This document shows, piece by piece, positions 13,507-25,685 of a DNA stretch of 64,000 nucleotides. Where the stretch lies: NCBI GenBank assembly GCA_958009085.1, contig OY253674.1:806001-870000 (forward strand), given 5' to 3'. Every line of letters begins with the position of its first letter. Position 1 is the stretch's first letter. The translations under genes and the position numbers were made by a program. A model generated the notes under the pieces. That model worked only from the letters and a program-made list of their open reading frames with translations, was not told the DNA's origin and did not search any database. The stretch is from Protoeuglena noctilucae. Taxonomy: Eukaryota.

Positions 13507-16500
13507 ATGGACGGCAGCGGGGATGACAGCAGCCCACGGCGCGCCCTGCTGGGGCTAGCTGAGAGAGCGGTGAGCCCCGTTGTTAGGGCGCCCCACAGAA
13601 CTTGCGAATGGCGTCGCGAACGCGCGCCCGAGTCATCCCACCATCATGTTCTTGACTTGCACTTCGTGCACTGATAGTAGGGGCACCTGCGAACCTCGTG
13701 CTATTTCTATTCGGGCCTCACGCAGGCGTCCCTGCGAGAGCGCATGGCGCGGGACATCGACAAGCTGGGAGCGGCCGCGTTCGCGCAAGCGGTTGTCTCA
13801 TTCGATACCTCGAAGCCCGTCCCTGGGTCTTGGGGCGAGCCTCCCGCCTCGGGAGAGGAGAACGGTGCGGTTTTTGCAACTGCGCGGCTGTGCCCGGTCG
13901 TGGCCGCTCCGGCCGTGGAGCCCTTCAGAACACGCATTCACATGTTGCTCAACGCAGTGGTGGAGGTCAAGCCGGCGCCAGCCGGGAGGCGCCGGCGACA
14001 GGACGCACGCGACGCCGGATACCAGCCATCCGGGCGACTGCGGGGAGGCCCGGAGGTCAGCACGGCCCACACAGAGGAAGAGTGGGCCCATACAGAGCAA
14101 CGATCGCGGCGCACCAACGCGTTGCCCCCGGCGGAGGCGGGCCACGGGGAGCCGAGGGCGCAGCAGCAGGCTAGCTGGCGTGCGGCGCACAGCCACGCCC
14201 ACATGCGGGGGCCTCCCGGGGCCGCTCGTGCCTTGGTGGGCCGCCCGTACGCGACGTCCACACTGCTGGGCGTGTCCCAGGCCGACCCCGTCCGGCTGCA
14301 GCGGCCCGTTGATGGCGCACGGCGCGCGCACTTGGACCTGGCAGCGGTGCGTGCCGAGGCGGAGGAGCGGGTGGGGCCAGATTTCGCAGACATGCTGTCG
14401 GAGGCGAGGGCGGGGGGCCAGGCGGAGGCCGCGAGGCTGATTGGGGGCTTGGAGCGTCAGCTGGAGGACCTGGCGCGGGAGATGACCGACAAGGCGCCGG
14501 CGTTGACGGAGGACGTGCGCCTGGGGCAGCGGCGGCTGGGGACGGACCTGGAGGCGCGCGCGGGGTCCGCAGCCGGGCCGGGCCCGGCGACGCTGCAGCG
14601 CATGCGGAGCCAGGGGCTGATGCAGGCGCGGGAGCCGAGGGACGCGGAGGCGGGGGACGACGTCGTTTGCCGGTCCCCGTTGCGGGAGGTGGGCGGCATT
14701 CGATTCCGCGTGAACAGCGGCATGGAGGGCGCGCACCGGGGCATGGAGGCCGAGGAGGACGGGGAGGGCGAGGAGCGCGTGAAGGCGAGAGTGGCAGACG
14801 CGGCACGGCAGGCGCGGCGGTTCCGGCTGTTGGCCCCGCAAGTGAACGAGGCCAAGAGGCTCGCGCTGGGGCTGCCGATGACGTACGAGGCGCGGAACGG
14901 GCGCAAGCGGTGAGAGGCAGCGAGGCAGGAGTGCTCCCTTGGATGCGGCTTGCGACGGCGCAGCGTCCCAACCCACCCAACGTGTGTGGGCTGTGGTGCA
15001 AGACTCACACGAGGCTCGCTGTCCTCATGTGCAGGAACCCTCAGGGCCAAGGGGAAGAGAAGGGTTACGAGAAGTGTCAGGAGAAGGCCGACGTGGTGGC
15101 GTGTGCCGTGAAGGCTCTGCCGCGTTCCCAGCCGTCGGTGCTCGCGCAGGCGCTGGAGCAGATCCGGGAGGGAGAGGAGCCCACGTTGCCGACGGGCGAG
15201 GGGGAGGGGCAGGGCGGCGGCGGGTCCCGGCCGCCCGAGCACACGGTGTCGCGCGCGTGGATGGCGGTGCGGAGCCGCGTGGAGCTCATGGCCCTCCCCT
15301 CGCGGAAGAAAGTCGACGGCACGGCGCAGGGGGGCTCCAAGTACGACATCAGCGACGTGGTGCAGCGGGCCAAGCGTGCGGAGAAGTTGGTCGGCGACTC
15401 GGGTCTGACGGGCGCTCTGCGCGAGTCCCTGTCCACGCTGGACAGCCTCCGCAAGAGCCAGGCGCAGGTCATCTCGGAGGCCAAGGTCAGCTACTTCCTG
15501 TCCAGCGACCGCTCCCGCGTCACGGGCAGCCTGGCGCGGGGCGCGGCGAACAACCCTGGCGCGCGCACGCCCACGCCCGAGCTGGGCAAGGCCGACGTGC
15601 CCTTGGTGAAGACGGATTTGCGCGTGGGCGACGCGGAACCCGTCCGTGCGGCGGACCCCGTGCGTGTGGCAGCCGGGGGTGCTGCCCTGGACGGGGAGGG
15701 GTCGTCGGATGGGACATACGCCATGCGCGTGTCTGCCGCGGAGTTGGAGAGCGACCAGGAGCTGGACGCGACGCGCTGGAGGGACACGGGTGAGGCGGGG
15801 GGACTGGCCAGGGTTAGGAGTGCTAAGTTGGCGGGTGACTGCTCCTTGGCTTTTGCTGGATGTTCACGGTGTGTCGATGTGCGGGTGCCGCGCAGACTGG
15901 GAGGAGGTGGAGGACCACGTCAACAAGCACAAGGTCAAGGCGGGCGGCAGCGCCAAGCCGGTCACGGGCGCCAGCCGCGCCAGCAAGGAGCTCCGCGACA
16001 TCCTCGTGCGGCTCGTGGAAGCGGTGGGGGGCTCCCGCGCGGAGATTGAGACGTACCGCCGCAAGGTGTTGTACGCCAGGTGAGCTCATCACTCAGCATA
16101 AGTGTGCCGGTGTGGATGCGATCGCTCGACGGGGGCGGCGAGGCTGGACGGGGCGCGCGTCGCAGGAACCACCCGCTGATGACGGACGCGGACGTGGAGC
16201 AGCCGCCTGGGGTGCGCGAGTCGCGTCGGCTGGTGACCGAGTTCCTTGGCCGGCTGCGCATGGGGCTGATGGACGCCGAGCGCATGGGCACCGCCGTTGG
16301 AGCGGCGCTCCTCGGCATCCATGCCGAGGCCAGGGCGTCCCTGGTGGCCGGGCTGGTGCTCCTGGAAGAGGGGCCCATGCTCCACTACTTGCAGGCAAGG
16401 GCCGTGCCGGGCAGTGCTGCTGTCACCCTCTCGGTCTGCTCCTGCGGTGGTCATCCTCACATGTGGGTGCTTGCTTTGCGTCGCTGCAGGAGTCGTACAT

Positions 16501-16597
16501 GGCGCAGCGACAGGTGCAGGAGCAGCGGCGCAACCGCCGAAGACTCGAGGAGATCATGAGGGAGGTTCAGGGGCAGGAGCGCAACATGAGCGTCTGA
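13507..16597 (+). CDS. Uncharacterised helical/coiled-coil protein, about 6 exons
   Basis: Long codon-biased ORFs (13744-14913, ~15030-15790, ~15900-16394) joined by plausible introns; no recognised family motif. Confidence 0.6.
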
Positions 16598-16688
16598 GGC
16601 ACTCTGAGACACGGCATTGCGCGCCGTGGGATGTCTGTTGTAACGCTTCCCACCCCATCGCGATTCAAGCGTGACCTGTGCTACAGCA

Positions 16689-17494
16689 TCAGTACCTGGG
16701 CACGCGCTCGTCCATCAAGGCGTACGCGTCGATGCCACCGGTCACGTTGAACACGCTCGTGAAACCCTGGTCGACGAGGAAGGCGCACATGTTCATGGAT
16801 CGCTGGCCGTGGTGGCAAAGCACAACCGTCTTGGTATCGCGGTCCATGACCGCCATGAACTCCGGCGCCCACAGCTTGAACGACGACAGCGGGTACACGG
16901 AGAAGCCCGGGAGCCGCGCCAGCTCGACCTCGGCGTCCTCGCGCACGTCGATGAGCTGGGCCTCCGCTGCGGCCTCCGGGTCCGCCAGCAGGTCCGCGAG
17001 GTCCTGCGTCGACATGTGCCCGATCTGCGCGGCCTTCCTCTCCCCCTCCACGCGCACCACGTGCGTGCCGAAGTTGGTGTCCACGACGCTCAGCGCCCCG
17101 ACGTCCGCCGCAAAAGCCGCCCTCTCGAACTCCGGGACCATCGCTCCGCGCCCGAAGAAGCCCAGATCACCCCCGCGCGATGCCGATGGGCACTTGGAGT
17201 GCTTGGCGGCCGCGTCCTCGAACGTCAGCTTCCCCGCCTGGATCTCCGCCATCAAATCGCGAGCACGCTGCGACGCGTCGGCCCCCACCAGAAGAATGTG
17301 ACGCGCTCGCACTTCCACGTCCATCCCACGCTGCGCACTCGCACTTACGGACCTCTGCGAGGCAGTCGTTCGTCGCCGCTCGTCAGCGTTCAGCCATCGC
17401 AACGGGGACGCGATGCAGCCGCACCGGCGGCGGGGCTCACCGATGCCGTCCTCGCCACGCCCCCCGTCACGCGCAGCCCGAGTCGGGCCAACAT
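16689..17494 (-). CDS. STR12: Parvulin (PpiC) + rhodanese fusion protein, STR12-like, organelle presequence
   Basis: VRARHILLV, FEDAAAKHSKCPSASRGGDLGFFGRGAMVPEFERAAF, TNFGTHVV (rotamase); LIDVRE, VVLCHHGQRS, NVTGGIDAY (rhodanese); exon 1 MLARLGLRVTGGVARTAS. Confidence 0.9.
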
Positions 17495-17757
17495 CTTGCA
17501 CGACTAGTGTAGTATCCTCGCCCTTTTGCGCGACGGGATGCCTTCTCCGCAGTGCAGGGGTGAGGCAAGGAAGCGAGCCGTGCTTTGTTTGCTTCACGCG
17601 ACAGGATGCCTTATCCGCGGCGTCGGGTTGTAGATAAGGAGGCGAGTGACGCTTTCGCTTGATGGGACGGGAGGATGCACGAGTTCTGGCGCAGGAAACA
17701 CGCCAGCGACATGCCCCTCGGTTTCAATCAAGACCACGCCCACCACCCTAGCAGCTA

Positions 17758-19851
17758 CTACTCGAGGACGGCTACGACGATGCAGATGTCGTCCTTCTTG
17801 CCCCCGCTAAACACCATGTCGAACTGCGCGCTGGCGGCGATGGAGTAGGGCGTCGGGATGGTGCGGTCGAGAGACACCTGGAAGGCACGCCGGGCCAGTT
17901 CCTGCGAGACGGCCGCGGGCGCAAGGCGCTTCCCTGCGTCCGCGAGGCCGTTGACGCACGCGACCACCTCCTCCGAGTGCAGGTTGTCGAACAGCCCGTC
18001 CGTGCCCAGGACCACCACGTCGCCCGGCACGACGCGCTGCCGCAAGTTGAGCGCGTCCTCGGGGCGGTCCGAGTTGTCGTGGTGGCCCAGCTGGTAGGGG
18101 TAGCCAAAGTGGTGCTCCTGCTGCGGCGACCGGAAGCGCTCGTAGTAGCGCTGCCCGGCGCGCGTGCGCTCCTTGGAGTGCCCGCGCAGGTCGCGCCGCG
18201 ACAGGATCATGTACCCCGAGTCCCCGAGCAGGGAGCTCTTGAGGAGGCCCGTCTCCCGGTCGATCACAAGCACCGTCGCCGTGCTGCTGCCCTGCACGTT
18301 CGCGTGGAACGTCTTGTACCAGGCGTTGCCCAGCACGAGGAGCGGGTCGCGCACGCCGTGCTCGATCGCCCACCGCGCCTCCTCCATCAGCGCGCGGCTC
18401 ATCTCCCCAGAGTCGATGCCACGGTGCCGCCACGCGTACACCCCGTCCGCCACCCCAAGCCCAATGACGCCCCCGGTCTCGGTGTTAAAGTACGCGTCCT
18501 CGCCTCCGTGCCCCGCGTTGCGCCGGTTCACTGCGCGCATGCCCGCCGCCACCTTGTCCTGGTGCGGGATGACGGTCGCCGAGATGCGGGCGCTCAGGGG
18601 CCGAGGGAACCGGAAGCCCTCCATGCCCTCGAGCCCTAACTCAGACCCGGGCTTGCTGGGCACCAGGTTGCGCTCCTGCACGCCCTCTGCGGGACGGGGG
18701 GCAAGGGAGGGTGGTTGATACGCCGATGGGCATGTGTGGACGCTCGCCTGGCCTGGACCCCATGCCACAGCCGAGCCCGGCGGTGGCCGCCGCGGCCGCG
18801 ACGCACCCGTGACGCCCTCCGAGTCCTCCCCAAACCACGCGTGGCAGGGGAAGGTCAACGTGGCCTGCCCCGCTCCCGACGGCCGTGAGACAGACACCTG
18901 CTCGAGGAACCAGCCCCCGTCCATGTGCTTGTCCAGCGCCGAGTCGAGATTCCGGCGCTTCACTTGAATCTTGGCGATCTGCCCGAGGTCCCGGTCAGTC
19001 ACGAGAGGGAACGTCACCTTGGACCCTCGGGGCAGGAGCTCCTCCCCGTCCCGGCACCGGCCGGGGATGTGGAGCGTCGCTGCGAGAGGCTGAGACGGCA
19101 AGGGTCACAATGCGCCAAGGGGATTTCATGTTCCCTGGAGCGAGCGTACAGGGCCAGTGGGCGACGCTTGTGCCCCGGCCTCCCACCCCCGACCAGCACG
19201 TCCACGTCCTTGCCCCACACGCTCACCTACAGCACCCGTGGTGCCCACCAGCGTGATGTCCACCGCCGCGACCGTCCCAGCTCCCCTCCGGTCCCCCGTC
19301 TCCACCGTCACTTGCAGCTCTAGGGGGCCCATGGCACGCCCGGGCTCCGTCGCCGCGCCGCCCGACGTCGACGCTTCCCTGGGCATGCCATCGAAGTACC
19401 AGGGGTGACCGCGGAGTCGCGAACGGCGCGGGGCGGGCCGCGGAACGCCTGCACCCGCCCTACCAACCTTGCGTCCGTCTCCTCGACGTCCTGCCTGGGC
19501 ATCGCAGCGAAGCTGGCCGCCAACGACCTCCTGCTCACTCCACGAATCGAAGGTGAAGGGGTCCACGCGCAGCGGTGACCTGCGGAGGGCGTGGGACGCC
19601 GACAAGCATGGGCAGACAGCGCGGTGCTGTCCATGCGCCGACACCGCATCAGCGCGACGAAGGGCAGTCCATGGCGCCGCTTTTCACCTAATCGGTCGAC
19701 AACGCGCGCGCCGATCGAGCGCGGGGCAGCGAGCTCCCGCGCGAGGCTCCCGGATCGCTCGCTCCCCCTGGCGGACGAGTTGAGGGTGGAGACGCCACGC
19801 CACGCGTCCCACGAGTCGTCCCTGCGATTCATAGCCGACACCGAATCGCAT
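17758..19851 (-). CDS. PLAT/LH2 domain + PTC7/PBCP-type PP2C protein phosphatase
   Basis: PLAT: VTVETGDRRGAGTVAAVDITLVG, DLGQIAKIQV, GWFLEQVSV, FPCHAWFG; PP2C: GGEDAYF, GVADGVYAW, GSSTA, LGDSG, FGYPYQLG, VLGTDGLFDN, GGKKDDICIVV. Confidence 0.88.
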
Positions 19852-20581
19852 GGGCGCGCCCCCACCGCCACGCCGAGGGCGTGCCTAATTTGACCCCCGC
19901 GGTGAGGGACGCGAGTCCTGCTCACCCTCGGCACCGTGAGGCGAGCGCCAGGGCCCGACGATCCGGCGTGGTCGCCTCGGTCGACGGCCCACCCAGCCAC
20001 GTGGCCTCCGCGCGCACGCACGCCAAATCCTCCGAGTGATGCTGAGCCCCTGCGCACGGAGAAGCGACCGCGCGCGCCTTCGCACTGGGCAGGCCTTAAT
20101 TTGCGTGCACATTGCCCAGCTTGTCGCGTTTGTGCCGCCCATCGCGAGTATCACGCGCCCATCGCGTGCGCGGCGCAGAAAGCGCGTTGGAGCACCTGAG
20201 CACCCCATGCGCGATGCCCCCGCGTGCGCGCCGGACGCCGGTCGCAGCCGCAAACCCTGCAAGGCTACATGGAGCGAGCGCTTGGCACACATCTTTTGGA
20301 GAGGGCCCCAGCGGAGGAGGCACCCGCGCGAAAAGCGCAAAGCTGGGCAGGAGCGACGTGTCCTGACCCAAGCCGTCCTTTGCGCGGCTCCGGAGTGACC
20401 GCCAGCGGCAGCCGCCGTCCATCATGTCATCGCGGGGCCAGACACGGGGTCGGTCTTGCCAGTCTTTCTGTTTCAAATGTGCGGCCACAGGCCGTGCGGC
20501 CCGAAACGCCGTGAGCGCGGAATCTGAGGGAGGATAGATCCTAGTCGGCCCCAAAGCTGCACGCTTGCCGGTTGGAATCGA

Positions 20582-23328
20582 TCACCAGAGGCCGATAACC
20601 TTCCACCAGACGCTGCCCACGCCGAGCCACACGGCCAGGTAGTAGATGGAGAGGATGAAGCCCAGCTTGTACCAGTCGGCCTGCGGGTGTGATCGACGCG
20701 CATGCTCGGTCGTAGATCTCAGGCTCAGCAGCTGGCTGCCCGCTTCGCTGCCCAGAGCACGGCACGACCTGCGACCTGCGGGACCTTAGGGCCCTCACCT
20801 GGGACACGTAGCCCGAGCCGTAGTAGGACGGGGCGGACCCGATGCCGTAGTTGGTGAGGCACCCCATGAGGCTGGACAGGTAGCCGAGCGCGAGCGCAGA
20901 CGGCATGGCGGGGGCGCCGCAGGCCAGGCACACCGACAGGAAGGCCGTGTACATGGCGCCGATGTGGGCGGCCGCGGAGGCGAAGAGGTAGTGGCTGTAG
21001 AAGTAGATGAGGCACACGATGCCCAGCGCCACCTGCCAGCTCAAGCCCATGCCCCCGATGACCGATGTGACTTGGCTGCAGGCGGGCGACGGCGGGGGCG
21101 CAGGTCGCGGCCCGGTGTCGAGGCGGGCGGCGTCTGGTGCCACTGCGGTGTCGCGGCGCGCACCTGGAGAACCACGGGATGAGGCCGTACTTGTTGAGGT
21201 AGGCGGCCATGGCGATGAGGGCGGCGAACCATGTGAGCGTGTCCCAGGACTCGTTCTGGGACAGGCACTGCTTCCACGTCACCACGTTGCACACCAGCAT
21301 GATGGCCAGGCCCACGATGGCAGCCGCCACCGAGTTGATGCCGTACGCCCCGCCCACGACCCACATGGCCACCGTGATGCCCAGCGCCACGGCGGTGATC
21401 TTCTCGTCGCGGGAAAGGGGGCCCAGCTTCTGCAGCTCCTGCCTCGCGATCGTGGGCGCGTCCGGCGTGTCCTTCACCTGCGAGCGACACGGCGGGGGCA
21501 CGGGCGGTCACGCACCCGCACGTCACCGCAAGGGCTCGGCACCGTGCCTGTCAACACAAGATGCCATCGGGGCGCGGGCGGCCCGTCCAGCGTGCTCGCG
21601 CTCCGCCGCGCGTGCGTCACCTTGGGCGGGTAGAGGACGTAGAGGATGAGGGGCACGGTGAGGAGGCAGATGATGCCCGGGACGATGCCGCCAAGGGCCC
21701 AGGTGCCCCAGGAGATGGTCTTGCCGATGGTCTCGTTGGCGAGGTTGACGGCGAGGGGGTTGGCGGCCATGGCGGTGATGAACATGGCGGAGGTGACGCA
21801 GGTGCACTGGAAGCACGTCTTCATGATGTACGAGCCGAGCTTGTCCTGGGTGCCCTTCTCGGGGTCGGAGCCGCAGGCGATGCAGAGGGCCTTGGCCAGG
21901 GGGAAGGTGATGCCGCCCGCGCGGGCCGCGAGGGAGGGGATGCCGGGGGACAGGAGGGCCTCGGCAAACACCAGCGAGTAGGTGAGGCCGAGCGTGGACT
22001 TGCCGAACGCCGAGACGATCGAGTAGGCGATGCGGTTGCCCAGGCCGGACTTGATGAAGCCCATGGACAGCCAGAAGGCGATGGCGATCAGCCAGGGGAT
22101 CTCGTTCGCGAACGCGGAGAACGCCGCAGAGAACGTCATCGTGTTGGTCAGCACGGCGGCGCCCAGGCCGAAGATGGCCACGGCGCCGAGGGGGATGGGC
22201 TTGGTGATAATGCCCATGATGGTGCCGAGGAAGATGGCGAACAGGTGCCACGCCTGCGGGGGTCGGCGGGGGGCGGGGAGGCGTGAATGTCCTGGACGCT
22301 GGCCTGGGCGGCCCAGACCAGCGGACTGTGTCGAAGGAGCTGCAGATCAAGGCTCGGGTGCGCTGGATGCCCAATCACACCTGGTTGGTGATGCCCGCGG
22401 GGTGGGGGAGGAACCACACAAGGAAGCCCAGGCCGATGGAGAGACCCAGGGACTTCATGTCCGCGCCCCAGGTGAACGGGGGCTCGGCCTTGGCGGCGGG
22501 GGCGGCGGCGGCGGCGGCGGACACGTCGCGGGGCTCGGCGGCGCGCGTCTGCGGGGGGGAAGGGCGCAGGGTCGTGTGCGCGAGAGATGGTTGACGCCTC
22601 CTGCGGCCCCCGAGGCGATCACGAGCGGGAAAGAGGACAGCGCGGATATCGAGCATGATCGCGGAGCGGGCGGGGAGCTGTGAGCAAGGCGGCCGGCGGG
22701 GGCCGCGATAACGATCTCGCCGTGCGCAGGCCTCCCGCGGCGAGCCCTGGGCGGCTCCCCCGCCCGCTCTCGCGGCGCGACACCACGATCGAGGACCTCC
22801 TCGCAATCGCGTGCGGCCGACGGCCGAGGCCGAGGCTACTGGAGACGAGACGCGCCGCGTTGTGATTTCCGCGTGGCAAGCCCCCCCGGGCCGGGGCCGC
22901 CATGCCTGGCGGGGAGGCCCACCCCCGTCCATGCAATCATCCCTCCGAAACACCATGCAGCACAGAGACGAGCAAACTGCGGCGCGACTGGTCACCGGCG
23001 CCGCATGTGTCAAACTTGCCTCCCGCCAACTGCCGCGGCGCCCGGGCGCATCACCCGAGCCCGCGAATGCTTCCACTGATCACCACGAAACCAAAATCAT
23101 TTCGGAAAGCGCGGCATCGGCGAGGAGTCCCTCTCCTCGCGCAAAGCGACCGGTCCGCACCTGCTGGACCACCTTCTCCACCGCGGGCGTCGCGACGGGC
23201 GCGGAGACGAAGCCGGGCTTCATCATCGGCCTCAGCGCGCACGGCAGGCGCGCGGAGGGCCGGGCGGCCTGCGCCCGCATGGGCACGGCCGCCCTCACGG
23301 CGCTAGAGAGCCCCGCTACCGTCGCCAT
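20582..23328 (-). CDS. DiT1: Plastid 2-oxoglutarate/malate translocator (DASS family), with transit peptide
   Basis: IPWLIAIAF, GLGNRIAY, ALCIACGS, MFITAMAANPLA, WDTLTWFAALIAMA, YFYSHYLFAS, GIGSAPSYYGSGYV, WWKVIGLW; Ala/Arg-rich N-terminus MATVAGLSSAVRAAVPMRA. Confidence 0.95.
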
Positions 23329-23775
23329 TCTCCCCCCAGTGCCGAAATTCGGATGTGTGCGCCGGCTGCAGGGGCATCGCATGCGTTTGGCACCCCGGGG
23401 TCCCAAATCGTGCGACAGATTTGTGTTTCGTCCAACGTGTGCGAAAGCACGGCGCTTTGGCGGGCAATCTCGCAGACCACGGTCGCGTCAGTCCCGGTTG
23501 CTTGCCGCACTTGAATTCCTGGCGAGCCAGAGCGATGACGCGCGCAGAGGCGGGGTGGGTGCGACGGTGCAGCCTGCACCCGGCGCCCTGCACCGCCCCG
23601 CGCCGATCCCGCGTCGCCCGAGCGTCCAGCAAAGCCTTTGTGCCCTAAGAGTGCTCCTCATCGTGCGTCATCCTCGCCGGACACTGCGAGGAGGAGCAAC
23701 GGTGAGAGCAATGAGCGCTGCGACAGTTGGGAGCGGTGGGACGTCGCAACAGCCTCTTCCCTGAGCGTGCTACAG

Positions 23776-25490
23776 GTACCTGCAACGCGCGGTGGATGCC
23801 ATCGTCTCGGAGCCGACCCGCGTCGTCGCGATGGACCGCTCCTTGGCCGGGACGGTGCTCGCGGACGCCGTGGGTGCCCGCCCGACAGCGTCCGCCGCGC
23901 CCGACACCACCGGGCCACATCCGTTCACGAGCAGCGGTCGCGTTGTCCTGGGCTGTGGCGCCAACATCGCCCACCTCGCGGAGCTGCGGGCCGCCGCGGA
24001 CGAGGCCGGGCTGCAGCCGGCCATCTTTGCAGCCGCCATGGAGCGGCACGCGGGGATGAGCGTGGCGGACGCGGTGGACAGCGTGGCGAGGTCCTTTGCA
24101 GTGGCGCACGGCCTGCACCGGCCATGGAAGACGCTCCCCGACGTCCCCCTGCCCGACGCGGCGGGCGTCTCGCTCAACGTCGTGCTTGACGAGGGCACAG
24201 TGGAGGGTCTCCGAGGGCCCCGGAGAGACGCCAGCCACGTCGTGGTTCTGGACGGTATCTTTGACGAGAAGGACCGGCGCGAGATTATGGGTGAGGCTGC
24301 GTGCGTTGCCCCACGCGTGCATGTAGGGGGTTTGGGCTGGGTCAGTGGGTGCCAGGTCACTCCGCGGCTTTCGTCGACGCATTGTGGCTCACGGGCGGGG
24401 TGGAGGACGCAGGGCGACCCCTGCCGTCGCGGTGGGCCCTGGCCTGTTCGGATTACAAGGGCGGCGCTGAGACGTGGGGTCTGACAGAGGAGGCGGTGAC
24501 GGAGCTGTTAGAAAGCCCACCCGAAGCCGTGATCCGCATCCAGTCGCGAATTTCGGCCCTGTACCCCGAGGTGACCGTCGCGCCCTGTAGTGCCCATCTG
24601 GCGTGTCTGGTCTGTCCTGCCCGGTCCAGAGGCTGTTATGCCTGCCATGTCTGCCACCCTGTATCACATGTGTCCCCGCAGTACACCATCTGCCTTATGC
24701 CGATGCGTGCCCTGGCGGACCCTGAGGACATCGACGAAGGGGCTGCCGTGCTGAGCCCATTCGTGGCCAATGCGGTCTCGCACGGCGAGCACTACGACTG
24801 GCATCTCGACATGGACCCACAGCAGCTGGCGAGTGGCACGCCTGCCTCGCCTGCGCACTCCGCGCGCCCTCGCACCCGCACGGCCACTCCGCTCTCGGCC
24901 ACCAAACGCGTGCGGCTCAGCTCAGTGTTCTTTTCGCCGCCGCCGCAGCCCCCCGCGTCCCCCTGGGCCACCTACCACGGCCTGTACCCCAACCGTGAGC
25001 CGGACCGCCCTCTCTTCGTGTCGATGCTCATCTACCCGCAAGGCAGCTGGCCCCAGGACTTTGACGCAGAGACGCTCTTCCTTGACCCCGAGACCGGCAC
25101 CGGCGTCTTCTCCCGCCCCGCACCCTACCGCGTGGTCTTGATGGATCAGGACGTCCCGCACCGCATCAGCGGGCCCTCCAAGGTGTGACACAGGGTTTCC
25201 TCCACCAACGCCTCACGCGCAGCGCAGATGGCAGGCAGCGTCGGACAGCCACTGCCATCGGCAGGGCCACCCTCAGGTCGCTCTCGTTGGTTCGCCTTTG
25301 CACCCGCCCTCACGCCGCCCGCCCCTTCTTGTGCGACGCAGCTGGCCGGGTGCCCGCGCTACAGCCTGGTGTGGAAGCTCGTCTTCTGCCCCAAAGTGCG
25401 TGGGGCCTCTCCATCCATCTCCAGGCCAGAGTGGGGGCCGCCCACGCGTTTCGGGTCCGCCGCACCCCCTGCGCCCATGTTCCGCGCCTG
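23776..25490 (+). CDS. 2OG-Fe(II) oxygenase superfamily protein (5' end uncertain)
   Basis: YDWHLDMDP (HxD), VSMLIY...W...AETLFLD, RVVLMDQDVPHRIS (distal His), PRYSLVWKL (RxS). Confidence 0.8.
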
Positions 25491-25685
25491 AGGCAGTCGC
25501 CGGGATTAGTATAGCGTAGTGTCGTCATTGCAACATAGGAGGATAGGCCAGAGGCAGGATAGGTCCCCTAGCATGGCACACGACTTGCCGATGCCCTGTG
25601 ATGTTGCTGGGATGCGCAGCATTGCCACTCGGTCGTTTGCACAGTTGAATCTTTACGCAACAGCAGAAGCGTTTCCGCACAGCAC

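Noticed and set aside
23534..23775. In-frame TAA (23646-23648) between a transit-peptide-like ORF (MTRAEAG...VARASS) and the exon leading into the oxygenase; possible TAR=Gln code as in some ulvophytes
   Set aside because: RAD51, NDUFA6 and the PP2C end with TAG at their expected C-termini, and no conserved exon I checked contains an internal TAA/TAG. An extra intron, a downstream ATG (23831) or a sequence error explains it more simply.
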